Part shown: positions 29,734-39,869 of the stretch, one piece after another
Layout: each line of letters opens with the position of its first letter
How positions within the stretch are numbered: position 1 is the first letter of the stretch
Source: Pseudomonadota bacterium
GTDB taxonomy: Bacteria; Desulfobacterota; Desulfobacteria; Desulfobacterales; RPRI01
Length of the DNA: 64,000 nt
Direction: 5' to 3'
Assembly: GCA_043825875.1 (NCBI GenBank)
Contig: JBDRRF010000076.1
Coordinates: 96,001 to 160,000, forward strand
Translations under genes and position numbers: made by a program
Notes under the pieces: model-generated
Databases searched by the model: none
Told to the model about the DNA's origin: nothing
The model's input: only the letters and a program-made list of their open reading frames with translations

Positions 29734-30321
29734 CTACCTTGTCCTCTGTTTTAAAATTTCCTCCCTGCTCTCAGGAGGGTCATCTTTTCTTATGCGAACT
29801 AAATCAACAAAACTACACCTTTTTAAAGCTTCTTCTCTGTCCTGGTCTTCGTTTCTTGTACGAACTATATCGGAGGGCTGATCTATAAAATCCCCATACC
29901 TGAATTTTTGTTCAAGATTTGATAGCTGTGTTTCAGTACTCTCTAAGTGTTTTTCCGTTTCAACAGCATTTGAAAAATACAGGATATTTCGCTCAAGTGT
30001 TTCAAACGCAACCTTATTCCCGCTTTTCAAAACCTTCCTGGCATCTTCCAATAACTCCGATACAATCGGAAGTTCATCTTTGATATCCTTATATATATCT
30101 GATTCCTCCAGGAACATCTCCCCTTTGCCGGTAAATAACCAGTTGAGATTCACATTAACGTTACCTGCCCAATTAATTAGAGCATCCAAATCCACGCTGT
30201 TACGTTTTATTTTATTAGACAGATTTTTATCTGATATATCAAATATTAATAACGCAATATCCTTTTGAGTCTTCCCTGTTATTTCCTTAATTCTTTCAAT
30301 TATTATTTTATAATCTATCAT
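29734..30321 (-). CDS. Phage CI-like repressor (HTH)
   Basis: IIERIKEITGKTQKDIA...NLNWLFTGKGEMF, typical of CI-type N-terminal domains. Confidence 0.75.
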   Translation of the reverse strand: MIDYKIIIERIKEITGKTQKDIALLIFDISDKNLSNKIKRNSVDLDALINWAGNVNVNLNWLFTGKGEMFLEESDIYKDIKDELPIVSELLEDARKVLKSGNKVAFETLERNILYFSNAVETEKHLESTETQLSNLEQKFRYGDFIDQPSDIVRTRNEDQDREEALKRCSFVDLVRIRKDDPPESREEILKQRTR

Positions 30322-30399
30322 TTAGCGTATTTATTTTTTGAAATGATAACAAATCGGTGGATATAATCCTTAATTCAAACAAAAGGTATCTCATGAAAA

Positions 30400-30660
30400 C
30401 TAAGATACTGTATATTCTTTCCATGGAATCAGGGATGGATCAATTAACTTCATAAAACCCAGCAGGTCTTTACTACCCTGATACTCAAACAATCCACATG
30501 AACTCTTCGACGCTAAAATGAGCGGAATCCCAGGAAAAAGCCCTTGGTAAGCTGCCCGCGTCTTTCTTGAAACTTGTATAGTTTGCATTGCTGATTTGTT
30601 AACTATTACGATAGCAAATGTAACAGCTTGTTCTTTAATCACGGCACCAGAAATCTTCAT
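30400..30660 (-). CDS. Small hypothetical protein
   Basis: 86 aa with a GGGGGA RBS; MKISGAVIKEQAVTFAIV...IPWKEY. Confidence 0.6.
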   Translation of the reverse strand: MKISGAVIKEQAVTFAIVIVNKSAMQTIQVSRKTRAAYQGLFPGIPLILASKSSCGLFEYQGSKDLLGFMKLIDPSLIPWKEYTVS

Positions 30661-30722
30661 TTTAATCCCCCTTTCCGGGTTAATGATGGTTTTAAATATA
30701 TTATTAAAATCAGGAGTAAGTA

Positions 30723-30963
30723 ATGCGTCCGGCAGACAGACAAAGCGCCTTGAAAAAAGCAGGCTTCACTCAAAAAGATATAGCAAAGGAGCTTGGTATG
30801 GGCCAAATGCCCGTGTCGAACGAAAACAACGGTGTTCCAACTTACGAAAGCATCCGCCAAGGCAATTGCACAAAAGATCGGGAAAGAATAAACGGAAGTT
30901 TTCCCGCAGTATTATTTTGGCAATAAACGCCTGCGTAAAAACTGGATTATAAATAGTCTATAA
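30723..30963 (+). pseudogene. Ner/Nlp-like (Mu-type) DNA-binding protein, frameshifted
   Basis: MRPADRQSALKKAGFTQKDIAKELG after an AGGAG RBS; the Ner-like tail AIAQKIGKE*TEVFPQYY lies in the +1 frame with an internal stop. Confidence 0.55.
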
Positions 30964-31164
30964 GTATAAGAAAGTCAATGCTTAAAAAGCGAAACAATAT
31001 AGATAAAAAACCATACCTTTATTAAAATTAAGAAGTGTGATAATTATGAAATATATTTTTACCCACCCCTCGTTACTGAAACGGGAATAGATGATTGTGT
31101 GGCGCTTAAGAAAAGCAACACTATCAGAACCTACGATCTTATTAAATAAACTTTGAGGCTTACC

Positions 31165-32862
31165 GTGACACGACTAAAACTGCTTATAGGCCAATGGATA
31201 GCTCAAACTGCCAGAAGATTACGCAATAACTTCTATCTTTATCTTGCCGCCCTGTTTACGCTTTTTGTATTGTTTGATGCCGGCGTGTTACATGTGGGAG
31301 AAAACATGCGTCAAAGGACATTTGATTTCATGGTCCGAAGCCGTGTGATTGTGCCTAAGCCGGATAAAGAGATTGTGATTGTGGATATAAACGAAGCCAG
31401 TTTAGCTGCTATGGCAAAGGAATATGGACGCTATCCATGGCCGCGTCAGGTGTTCGGCGAGTTTTTAGAAAATATCGAAGCACAAAAACCCAAAGCCATC
31501 GTTTTTGATATTTTATTTAGTGATGCTGATATAACCAACCCGGATAGCGATGCTTATTTTAATGAAACCATAGCTGACACGGATAACACTTTCTTTCCTT
31601 TTATACGGTTGTCGGAAACCCAGGATAAACTTAGCGCATTAAAACCTGTTATGCTGCCAGGCGTAACTGAAATAATCAAAGGGCAATCGGATAAAGATGC
31701 CACGATTGCCTTGATATTACCACATTTTGCGGCAGCAATTAATTCTGGCCGTTTAGGGTTCAATAACATATACCCGGATAAAGACGGCATAGTACGTGAA
31801 TATCGCCTTTATAGAGATGATTATGGCTGGAAGGTGCCATCGCTGTCTATGAAAGTCGGTAATATGCTTGGCTACAACATGCCGGAAACACAAAGTGTGC
31901 TTATCAATTGGCGCGGCAAACCCTTTACCTACCAATACGTCACATTCAGCGATGTACTTTTTGACATGAGCAGTAAAGTAAAAAAACGTCCGCAAAATGA
32001 ATTTACCGGAAAAATCGTCATCATCGGCTCTACCGCACCCAGTCTGTTTGACCTTAAGGCAACGCCTATGGCTAAAATTTATCCGGGAGTGGAAATTTTA
32101 GCTACCGCCATTGATAATGTCAAACATGGTGATTATCTTCATGTCTGGCGCGGTTTTCTATCCTATGTATTTATCAGCCTGTTACTTATATGGCTCACAA
32201 CCGCAGCTTTTTATAAGAATGCAGATCGCAACAAATTAAACAGGATTTTCAGTAGCAGCCAGATTATCTTACTGGTAATTTCTTATATCAGCATCAACAC
32301 CACAAATACTTACATACCCTTGAGCGGCCCGGTCATTTGGGCTATTGCGTATTTCAGCATCGCTAAAGTTTATGCACTGGCCACTGACCTTGCTCTGCAA
32401 CGATGGTTGGCATTTGGCGTAAAAACCGGCAAGGGAGAATCGCAGGCACTTATTATGCCTATTTTGGTGGAAAGCGAATATCCTTTAGGCGATGCGATGC
32501 TTAAAAAACTAAAGCGGCAAATTGAACTTAATTGCCGCACACCTAATAATGTCGATATCCTGAAGGGTTCTCAAAGTGGTATTTGGGGATTATTTGGCGA
32601 CACGATTGTTGTAAACTGGACTTATTCCGAAGCACTTGATCAATATGCACAAAAAGCAAAGCAGGATGCAGAGCAATTGGCCGGACAATTATCTGCAATA
32701 TTGAAAAATGTTGGCTTACCCGACGATACTCAAGTATATTACTCTATGCATACAGGAGGATTGACAGGAGACAAGCCGTTAGCAAACCAATGGCGCAGCT
32801 TGTTTGCCCAGGCCATTCTCAAATTAGAACATAACGGAAAGGTTAACCATGAAAATATATAA
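31165..32862 (+). CDS. CHASE2-domain membrane protein with a short atypical cytoplasmic domain
   Basis: IVIVDINEASL...YPWPR...FDILF, DKDGIVR, GKIVIIGSTA and PGVEILATAIDN, followed by three TM segments; GTG start. Confidence 0.85.
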   Translation: MTRLKLLIGQWIAQTARRLRNNFYLYLAALFTLFVLFDAGVLHVGENMRQRTFDFMVRSRVIVPKPDKEIVIVDINEASLAAMAKEYGRYPWPRQVFGEFLENIEAQKPKAIVFDILFSDADITNPDSDAYFNETIADTDNTFFPFIRLSETQDKLSALKPVMLPGVTEIIKGQSDKDATIALILPHFAAAINSGRLGFNNIYPDKDGIVREYRLYRDDYGWKVPSLSMKVGNMLGYNMPETQSVLINWRGKPFTYQYVTFSDVLFDMSSKVKKRPQNEFTGKIVIIGSTAPSLFDLKATPMAKIYPGVEILATAIDNVKHGDYLHVWRGFLSYVFISLLLIWLTTAAFYKNADRNKLNRIFSSSQIILLVISYISINTTNTYIPLSGPVIWAIAYFSIAKVYALATDLALQRWLAFGVKTGKGESQALIMPILVESEYPLGDAMLKKLKRQIELNCRTPNNVDILKGSQSGIWGLFGDTIVVNWTYSEALDQYAQKAKQDAEQLAGQLSAILKNVGLPDDTQVYYSMHTGGLTGDKPLANQWRSLFAQAILKLEHNGKVNHENI

Positions 32863-33355
32863 AGCTATATTATTAGCAGCCTTATTACTGCCGGGATTAT
32901 CCTTAGCAGGCGAAATGGGAAGTGCTCTTAAAGCGGATATCATTCGCGCGGAACCTTATTCCGATGCTAAAAAAACAGGTAGTTTTGCGCGTGGCGATAA
33001 ACTGGAAATTCTTAGCAAAAAAGGTGGGTGGCTAAAGATAAAAACCGCAAAAAACAGCGGATGGGTACGCTTATTATCGGTTAAACGCGGTATCAGCAAA
33101 GGCGGTAATGAGGCCACAGGCATTCTGGCATTAGCAAGTGGCCGTGCAGGCACAGGACAGGTGGTAGCAACAACCGGTATACGCGGTTTAAATGAGGAAG
33201 AACTTAAAAGCGCTGAATATAATGCAGCCGAAGTCAAAAAGCTGGAAAGCTATACCCAAACTTCTGAGCAAGGCCGGCAGTTCGCTCAAAGCGGTGGTCT
33301 TGAATCCGTCATATTTTCCTACTTGCCGGAATCACAAAATAAAGGAGATAAATAA
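32849..33355 (+). CDS. Secreted bacterial SH3-domain protein
   Basis: Signal peptide; IRAEP...GGWLKI...GWVR; TTGIRGL. Confidence 0.75.
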   Translation: MKIYKAILLAALLLPGLSLAGEMGSALKADIIRAEPYSDAKKTGSFARGDKLEILSKKGGWLKIKTAKNSGWVRLLSVKRGISKGGNEATGILALASGRAGTGQVVATTGIRGLNEEELKSAEYNAAEVKKLESYTQTSEQGRQFAQSGGLESVIFSYLPESQNKGDK

Positions 33356-34254
33356 TGCGCTCACTTTATTCCATACTTATTTTTATGTTTGCCATCTTTT
33401 TACTGCAAGCATGCGCTAATGATTTTGGAGCTGCATTAAATGAAGTAGTCAAGAGCAGCACTTCTTGGGAAACCGGCACAGACAGTAAAGAAACTTCATC
33501 CACAAATACAGCAAAAAGCGAAAGCAAACCAGCGTTTAACTTATTAAGTCCCTCCAGGCAGGAAGAAATTCAGATAGGCCGCCAAATCACGGGCAATCTG
33601 CTGGGAGCAGCTCCACTTGTAAATGATGCAGAACTGCAAAATTATGTAAATAAAGTCGGACGCTGGGTAGCCAATCAGGGTGAACGCGCAGATTTACCCT
33701 GGCACTTTGGCGTAATCGAAAGCGAAGACATCAATGCCTTTGCCGCGCCCGGCGGCTATGTTGTCATCACCAAAGGACTTTATCGGAAATTGGAAAACGA
33801 AGCACAACTGGCAGGAGTGCTCTCTCATGAAATAGCCCACGTTATCAGGAGTCACCATCTCAAAATCCTGCAAAAAACCCAACTGCTGAATTTTGGTTCA
33901 GACTTACTGGGCAAGCAATTAGGCAGGGATAATCAGGTAATCCAAAAACTGATCGGCAGCGGTGCGGAAGTTTGCGCCCGCAGCCTTGACAAGAGTGCCG
34001 AATTTGAAGCCGACCGCATGGGTGTAGTACTAAGCACCAGGGCCGGTTACGAGCCTTTTGGTTTACCTGAAGTTCTGCAAGCAATCGGGCAAACAGGCAG
34101 GGATGAAAGCAGAGTGGCCTTGCTGTTTACAACCCATCCACATCCTGATGACAGATTAACAAAACTGGACGATGCCATTGGTAACAGGCTGGATAGTATT
34201 AAAGATGGAAAGACACTGGGTGAACGGTTTTATCGTTTGAAGAATCAGGAATAG
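33355..34254 (+). CDS. M48-family zinc metallopeptidase lipoprotein
   Basis: Lipobox LQAC; NAFAAPGG, HEIAH, EFEAD and THP motifs. Confidence 0.9.
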   Translation: MRSLYSILIFMFAIFLLQACANDFGAALNEVVKSSTSWETGTDSKETSSTNTAKSESKPAFNLLSPSRQEEIQIGRQITGNLLGAAPLVNDAELQNYVNKVGRWVANQGERADLPWHFGVIESEDINAFAAPGGYVVITKGLYRKLENEAQLAGVLSHEIAHVIRSHHLKILQKTQLLNFGSDLLGKQLGRDNQVIQKLIGSGAEVCARSLDKSAEFEADRMGVVLSTRAGYEPFGLPEVLQAIGQTGRDESRVALLFTTHPHPDDRLTKLDDAIGNRLDSIKDGKTLGERFYRLKNQE

Positions 34255-34362
34255 GCGGATTCACAAACCATCCCGACAGTTTCCCGATTGCCTTCTACTT
34301 TCATATCGCAACCAACATTTTTTGCACCTTTATTTGCGAAAAGAACAGCTACAGCCCTGCCC

Positions 34363-34400
34363 TGCCCCATATCTGAACACGATAACGCAGATATGGGGCA
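34363..34400. terminator. Hairpin between convergent genes
   Basis: TGCCCCATATCTG...CAGATATGGGGCA, a perfect 13-bp stem. Confidence 0.5.
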
Positions 34401-34424
34401 CAAGATGACGTTTATGGACGGACA

Positions 34425-34871
34425 CTATTTAGGCTCAATCTCTACCAGCGTTACATTGACGCCACAAGTAGCCTGTGGATCAAGTATATACTCTTTGAAG
34501 ATCTTAAACTTGTCTTCAAAATGATTCTTTATTGTTTCTTTGTCGAATTCAAGCAAATTTGCTGCAATGCCCATTTCCTGCGCTTTGTCACGTCCTGAAT
34601 CGGCGTTGTCTACTCCAAAAGCCACTCCGTATAAACCTTCTCCATGCTTTTCAAGATGTTGAACCATTCCCATGGCTAATGGATTGGTAGTTCCAGGCAA
34701 TGGTGAAAAAAGTTCTATTCCGGCTTCCCAGCTGATCGCGCATCTTACGCCAAAGATCTCTTCTACTTTAGCATCATGAAAAGTAACACCCAACAATTTT
34801 GAATAAAGTGCTACTGCTTTTTCAAAATCCCGTGCAACAATGTATACCCTGTTAACTCCTTTGACTTTCAT
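34425..34871 (-). CDS. VOC/glyoxalase family protein (methylmalonyl-CoA epimerase-like)
   Basis: D.EKA..LYSKLLG, IELFSP, HGEGLYGVAF and GVNVTLVE. Confidence 0.8.
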   Translation of the reverse strand: MKVKGVNRVYIVARDFEKAVALYSKLLGVTFHDAKVEEIFGVRCAISWEAGIELFSPLPGTTNPLAMGMVQHLEKHGEGLYGVAFGVDNADSGRDKAQEMGIAANLLEFDKETIKNHFEDKFKIFKEYILDPQATCGVNVTLVEIEPK

Positions 34872-34910
34872 GTTTCATCTCCTAATATTATAGTTTATTC
34901 TAATATTTCT

Positions 34911-34983
34911 TTATCTCTCTGATGCCTCTTTAGCGCTGTTCTCGCCTGCTATACGACCCGAAGGTTTAAATTTTAGCAGACAT
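34911..34983 (-). pseudogene. Deletion scar of an FAD-binding (fumarate reductase-type) flavoprotein
   Basis: Encodes SGRIAGENSAKEASER*, a typical C-terminal motif, next to an out-of-frame RBS and ATG. Confidence 0.45.
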
Positions 34984-35044
34984 CTACATTTCCACCTCTT
35001 TTTTTAATGCAAGCATAATAGCTTTAGATGGGTTCTTTAAAAGT

Positions 35045-36616
35045 TCAACTAATTAATTTGCTAAAATCTATCCCCAAATCTTCCATAACTACTTGAATAC
35101 CGGCTCTTGCACCGCCAAATACGCCAGGTCCGGGATGCGTACATGATCCGATCATATATAATTTATCAACAGGTGTATGGTAATTGTGCCAGCCGGAAAA
35201 AGGACGGTTTCCGGACATCTGCAAATTATATGTTCCTATCTGGCATATGTCGCCATTCATCATTGTGGCATTATGTCTTTCATAAAATAAAGGAGAATGA
35301 ATGGCTCTTCCTAAAATATTATCGCTTCCCATGTTGGTAGCCAGATCCTGCAATTTGCCCAAAATATCATCTGCCACATCCGTTTCTATTTCATCCCATT
35401 TTTTAGGTCCGCCGTCTCTTAAAGCATAAGGTGCAAATGAATACAGGTACATGGTATGCTGACCTTCAGGCGCTCTTGTCGGATCAAGTTGTGTTGCAAC
35501 AAAGGATGAAAAAACATCATTTCTTGGAATCCCGTTATCAATAGCTTGAAAAGCATGCTGAAATTCATACGGGTCTGAATTGTGATATGCCATCCAGTGC
35601 GATTTAAATCCGTTTTTCCAGATCGGAGCTTCTTTTAATGCAAGATGCTGGTTTAAAGCGGAAAATCCGGAATGCTTTAATGTCCTCACATTTTCTACAA
35701 AATCTTCAGGCAGCTTACTTCCCGATACCATACCGGGAAATACTTGTTTAATGTTTAAAGTAGATAAAACCGCTTTTGATGCCTCAATCTCTTCACCGCT
35801 ATCAAGGACTATACCTGTTGCTTTGCCATCGGAAATCTTAAATTCTTTTACAGTGCTTGAAAGCTTTATCGTGCCGCCCATAGATTCAAAACACTTTGCC
35901 AATGCTACAGATAACATACCGGAGCCGCCAACAGGAAACCCACTACCGTATTTATGCTGCAATGGTATGAATAGAAAAAGATGAAGCCCGGTGCCTTTTA
36001 CAAAAGGATTGATCATTTGTTCTGCCGAAAAACGTGTCATAATAATGCGCATTTTATCACTTTCAAACCAGTCTTCGGCTATATCCCAGGCGCTTGACAA
36101 CAAAGCTTTGATAAGTATTCGGCCCGCAGGGTTTGAATCCATCATGGCCATTGTCTGCCCAAAACTTGGTGTAGGATTATACATTCCCATAAGCAACATA
36201 TCCAGTAACTGAAACGACCAGTCATGGAATTTACGATAGGCTTCAGCATCCCGTGGCGAAAACTGAGCTATGCTTTCACAGGTTTGATCAAGGCTTCGAT
36301 GTTGTGTAAAATACGAACCATCATCAAAGTTTACTCCAGCAAACGAATCAGGTGTAATATATTTCAACCCGAATTTGGATAATAATCCAAGCTCATCATT
36401 TTGTATCAGAGGATTCGGATAAATCAGGCCATGCCAGGTAGAGCAAACATCATGTTTGAATCCTGGCACTGTTATTTCATCGGTAAATACTCCGCCACCT
36501 ACCTTATTTCTGCTTTCAATCACACATACTTTAACACCCGCCTTTGCAAGATATGAAGCAGCTATTAAACCATTATGACCTGCGCCAACCACTACTACAT
36601 CGTATTTTTCCGCCAT
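35045..36616 (-). CDS. Phytoene dehydrogenase-like FAD-dependent oxidoreductase
   Basis: GAGHNGL...GGG...PGF.HD.CS, PVGGSG and THPGPGV motifs. Confidence 0.88.
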   Translation of the reverse strand: MAEKYDVVVVGAGHNGLIAASYLAKAGVKVCVIESRNKVGGGVFTDEITVPGFKHDVCSTWHGLIYPNPLIQNDELGLLSKFGLKYITPDSFAGVNFDDGSYFTQHRSLDQTCESIAQFSPRDAEAYRKFHDWSFQLLDMLLMGMYNPTPSFGQTMAMMDSNPAGRILIKALLSSAWDIAEDWFESDKMRIIMTRFSAEQMINPFVKGTGLHLFLFIPLQHKYGSGFPVGGSGMLSVALAKCFESMGGTIKLSSTVKEFKISDGKATGIVLDSGEEIEASKAVLSTLNIKQVFPGMVSGSKLPEDFVENVRTLKHSGFSALNQHLALKEAPIWKNGFKSHWMAYHNSDPYEFQHAFQAIDNGIPRNDVFSSFVATQLDPTRAPEGQHTMYLYSFAPYALRDGGPKKWDEIETDVADDILGKLQDLATNMGSDNILGRAIHSPLFYERHNATMMNGDICQIGTYNLQMSGNRPFSGWHNYHTPVDKLYMIGSCTHPGPGVFGGARAGIQVVMEDLGIDFSKLIS

Positions 36617-36709
36617 TTTTAAAAACTCCTTTCTGTTTATAGTGTTTGTATATAAAACTCTGTGAAAGATTTGATTTTATAAGGTAGTTAAAATATAATT
36701 GTGAGTAAG

Positions 36710-36943
36710 CTACAGACTTCTGCCAGCATTAATATCCTTCATAGATTGCTTCATTACCTCACGTGGTGATAGACAATCTCCTGCATATAGTTCCCCAACG
36801 TTACCTCTCAAAGCATGGTAAAGTTGAATATTAGCCTTATTCCATGTTGCCAGAACAAACGAATCTACTTCTTCAATATTTCTTTCCTTGTGGGTAAAAG
36901 CATCAACTAAACAACCCTCGAATGCAAGTCGTTGGGTTTTAAT
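36710..36943 (-). pseudogene. C-terminal remnant of an NADH:flavin oxidoreductase
   Basis: EVDSFVLAT..KAN..LY..LRG.VGELYAGDCLSPR...AGRSL tail, fused in frame behind an IS200 fragment. Confidence 0.55.
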
Positions 36944-37079
36944 AGGAATCCAGACCAGGTGGACTTTAAGATAATTTTTTGTATGTGCTCCACGTTGATA
37001 AAATCGCATAGTGAGACATTATAATCTTTTCTTCGCCTAAAGGCGATGGATTTCAACCATCCCTTAAAGAGGCATTAAA
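36944..37079 (-). mobile_element. tnpA: IS200/IS605-family left-end remnant with a truncated tnpA
   Basis: MRFYQRGAHTKNYLKVHLVWIP resembles a TnpA N-terminus; subterminal hairpin TCGCC-TAAA-GGCGA lies upstream. Confidence 0.65.
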
Positions 37080-37105
37080 AGCAATTATTTTTTATATGAT
37101 TTTAT

Positions 37106-37121
37106 TGCTTAGATCATGCCA
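37106..37121 (-). promoter_or_regulatory. Putative sigma54 (-24/-12) promoter
   Basis: Minus strand TGGCATGATCTAAGCA (GG-N10-GC), facing the flavoprotein genes. Confidence 0.55.
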
Positions 37122-37334
37122 AATAATTAATATTAATTATATCAGGAAAATATACATATCCGAATATAAGGGGCCACGATAAAAAAGATGTTTTTGTGAT
37201 ATTTCATAATTGGTTTTATGCTATAATGCACAATATACTAAATATCATAAATAGAATTGATTTTTAGGATAGCAAAAGGAATGGACTGCCTATTTTTTGG
37301 AAACCGGATGAATTGTTAAACAGACATTCTGCTT

Positions 37335-38894
37335 TTACCCATTACTACCCTTTTTTATATAGCGATCTTTTAGTTCCCATTTCTGGATTTTTCCGGTATG
37401 AGTTAAAGGCATACTATCTATAAAATCAACAGACTTTGGGGCCTTATAACGAGCCAGATTATCTTTGCATAGCTTTATGATTTCATCTTCCGTAGCTTTT
37501 TTGCCTTCTTTTAAAACGATTACCGCTTTTACTGCTTCACCCCATTCAGGGTCCGGTACCCCGATTACTGCTACAATTTCAACGGCAGGATGTTTGTAGA
37601 TTATATCTTCTACCTGCTTTGGCGTAATATTTTCTCCTCCGCTTATAATAATATCTTTCTTCCTGCCGGTAATATAGATATAATTATCTTCATCCAAGTA
37701 AGCCATATCCCCTGAATGAAACCATCCATCCTTTAATACTTTTGCAGTTTCTTCAGGATTTCCCCAGTACCCTTGCATCAGATTGTCGCCTCTGTAAACC
37801 AATTCACCTTCTATCCCGCTTTCAACAAATTTACCTTCATCATTAATTATTCTTATATCACAACTGGGCATTTCCTTTCCGACGGACAACATTCTGCGCA
37901 TTTGTTTTTTGGTTCCGTTAAGCACATGATCTTTTGGCGGTAAAGCTGTGGCACAACCTGCAAGTTCGGTAAAGCCATAAAGATGAACAAACTTATTGCC
38001 GAATTTTGGAATTGCTCTTTCTAAAATTGAAAACGGCATTGGCGCACCGCCATATATATACCACCGTACCGAAGAGTGATCATATTTATCCAAGTCAGGA
38101 TAGTTCAACACCCGCAAAAGTGTAGTTAAAACAAAATGTGAAACAGCAGTAATTTTTTCTTTTTCAATAGCATTTAATATAAGATCAGGGTCAGGTCTTT
38201 TTATAAACACAAGACTTCCGCTCATATAACTTATTGCCATATTAAACCAGAAAAACGGGATATGAAAATAAGGACTAAATATCAAAAGATTGTCTTTTTC
38301 GGTAAGTTGAAATTTGATAACAACATCTCTTGAACCTGCCAGCCAGCTTTTATGAGTCCATATTACTTCCTTGGGCATACCGGTTGTGCCACTAGTATGT
38401 ATCAAGGCCGCTATATCTTCTTCCTTAACAACCACATCAGGCCGCTCATAAGTACTTTGAGAAATTAATGTTTCGTAATCGTAAGTATTATTGTTGCTCG
38501 TTTTCCCTACTGAAATAAATATTTGAACTTCTTTTACAGATGGCTTTATGGATTCCATTAACCGGCTGTATGTTTGCTCAAAAAATATCCCTTTAACGCC
38601 ACAACTTGTAATTAAATGGATTATCTCATCTTCAGAAAAGTGCGCATTTATGGGAATAACAATCATTGCTCCTGTTGTAACGGCAAGTACTATTTCCTGT
38701 GCTTCAATCATATTATGAGGAAACAAAAATGCTACCCTGTCTTCTTTTTTAAGCCCTAAACTTCGTAAAGCATTGGCAAGGCCGTATATCCTCTTTGCAA
38801 CTTCTTCAAAACTTAATCTCTTATCTTCAAAACATACAGCAGCCTTTTGTGGATATCTCCAAAGATTTCTGTCGATAACATCCCCGATAACCAT
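37335..38894 (-). CDS. Acyl-CoA synthetase (AMP-forming, long-chain-fatty-acid-CoA ligase family)
   Basis: HTSGTTGMPK, YGFTE, GWFHSGD, GRKKDIIISGGENI and GKIQK motifs. Confidence 0.92.
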   Translation of the reverse strand: MVIGDVIDRNLWRYPQKAAVCFEDKRLSFEEVAKRIYGLANALRSLGLKKEDRVAFLFPHNMIEAQEIVLAVTTGAMIVIPINAHFSEDEIIHLITSCGVKGIFFEQTYSRLMESIKPSVKEVQIFISVGKTSNNNTYDYETLISQSTYERPDVVVKEEDIAALIHTSGTTGMPKEVIWTHKSWLAGSRDVVIKFQLTEKDNLLIFSPYFHIPFFWFNMAISYMSGSLVFIKRPDPDLILNAIEKEKITAVSHFVLTTLLRVLNYPDLDKYDHSSVRWYIYGGAPMPFSILERAIPKFGNKFVHLYGFTELAGCATALPPKDHVLNGTKKQMRRMLSVGKEMPSCDIRIINDEGKFVESGIEGELVYRGDNLMQGYWGNPEETAKVLKDGWFHSGDMAYLDEDNYIYITGRKKDIIISGGENITPKQVEDIIYKHPAVEIVAVIGVPDPEWGEAVKAVIVLKEGKKATEDEIIKLCKDNLARYKAPKSVDFIDSMPLTHTGKIQKWELKDRYIKKGSNG

Positions 38895-39034
38895 TTTAAT
38901 CCCTCCAGTGGTTGATAAGAACCAGCTTTATTATGTGAAAGATATAAGGAGATCACCCTTGGGTGTCAAGGAAATAATTGGAAGACAACCGGAATCGGAA
39001 TAAGTGAATAATATATTGATATTATAATCTATTA

Positions 39035-39168
39035 ATCCAGATTTCATACAGAACCTCATAATTCTGCCCTTGCCTTCGAATAGTATTTATGTTTATGATA
39101 TTAACGATTAATAGAATTAACACACAGGGGACATTCATCCTATAAACATACGCCCATGCCGTGTGCGC
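39035..39168 (-). mobile_element. 5' fragment of a group IIC(-attC) intron
   Basis: Minus strand begins GCGCACACGGCATGGGCGTATGTTTATAGGATGAATGTCCCCTGTG, resembling class C 5' ends, and abuts an attC-like site. No RT gene is present. Confidence 0.6.
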
Positions 39169-39220
39169 ACCTGAAAATTCACCGATCCCAAAAATCGGGT
39201 TGGTGATTATACCAATAGGA
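39169..39220 (+). repeat. Degenerate attC-like site
   Basis: AC-CTGAA-AATTCACC...GGTGATT-ATACC; similar to the 27328 site, but with the GTT core decayed. Confidence 0.45.
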
Positions 39221-39225
39221 GCATC

Positions 39226-39783
39226 ATGAAAGACTATTATCGCCCAATACTTTTGTGGATTTTTGCTTTCCTGATCGTTTCATCAATCAGCACAAATGCA
39301 TACTGTGAAACAGCTGCTGTATCATTAGATCAACCAGGCCCAATCTTTAAGATGGAATTTAGACGCCATACATGCAATGTAATTTTAATGGAACTGACAT
39401 TTTCAACGGCACAGATTTCCCGGGAGGAAGAAGTCCAGCTTATTGGTAATGGATCATACCAGGCAGATACTAAAGAATTGATTAATCCAGGAATAACTGT
39501 GCCTCTTAGAATTCGAGTTGTAAAAATTGAATCAAAATTATTAGGGCAAGCAAAGGAAAGAGAAATTCGCTCGTGGGAATGCAAAACGCAGGGCATATCG
39601 TCGTTTTCACCAGGCCCAGAGAGGTCAGTAAGTCGAAGCGCAGGTTCAATAACTCTTCCGAGAGGAAAGTATCGAATTGAGGTATCATTACTTGAACCGG
39701 TTACCGCGCTAAAAGACATTCCAGCTTACTTTGGGTTTGGATCATCCTTTAAAATCAGCCCAAATCGTGAAGACTGCCGATAA
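39226..39783 (+). CDS. Hypothetical secreted protein (cassette-like)
   Basis: AGGAG RBS and N-terminal signal peptide; starts immediately after the attC-like site. Confidence 0.65.
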   Translation: MKDYYRPILLWIFAFLIVSSISTNAYCETAAVSLDQPGPIFKMEFRRHTCNVILMELTFSTAQISREEEVQLIGNGSYQADTKELINPGITVPLRIRVVKIESKLLGQAKEREIRSWECKTQGISSFSPGPERSVSRSAGSITLPRGKYRIEVSLLEPVTALKDIPAYFGFGSSFKISPNREDCR

Positions 39784-39869
39784 TCTTTAACTTGTAATGT
39801 ATCAAAAAATCGATGCGGCAGACTGACGGTTTTGCTATATACCTCAACAGGCATAGATAAAGAAAACAT

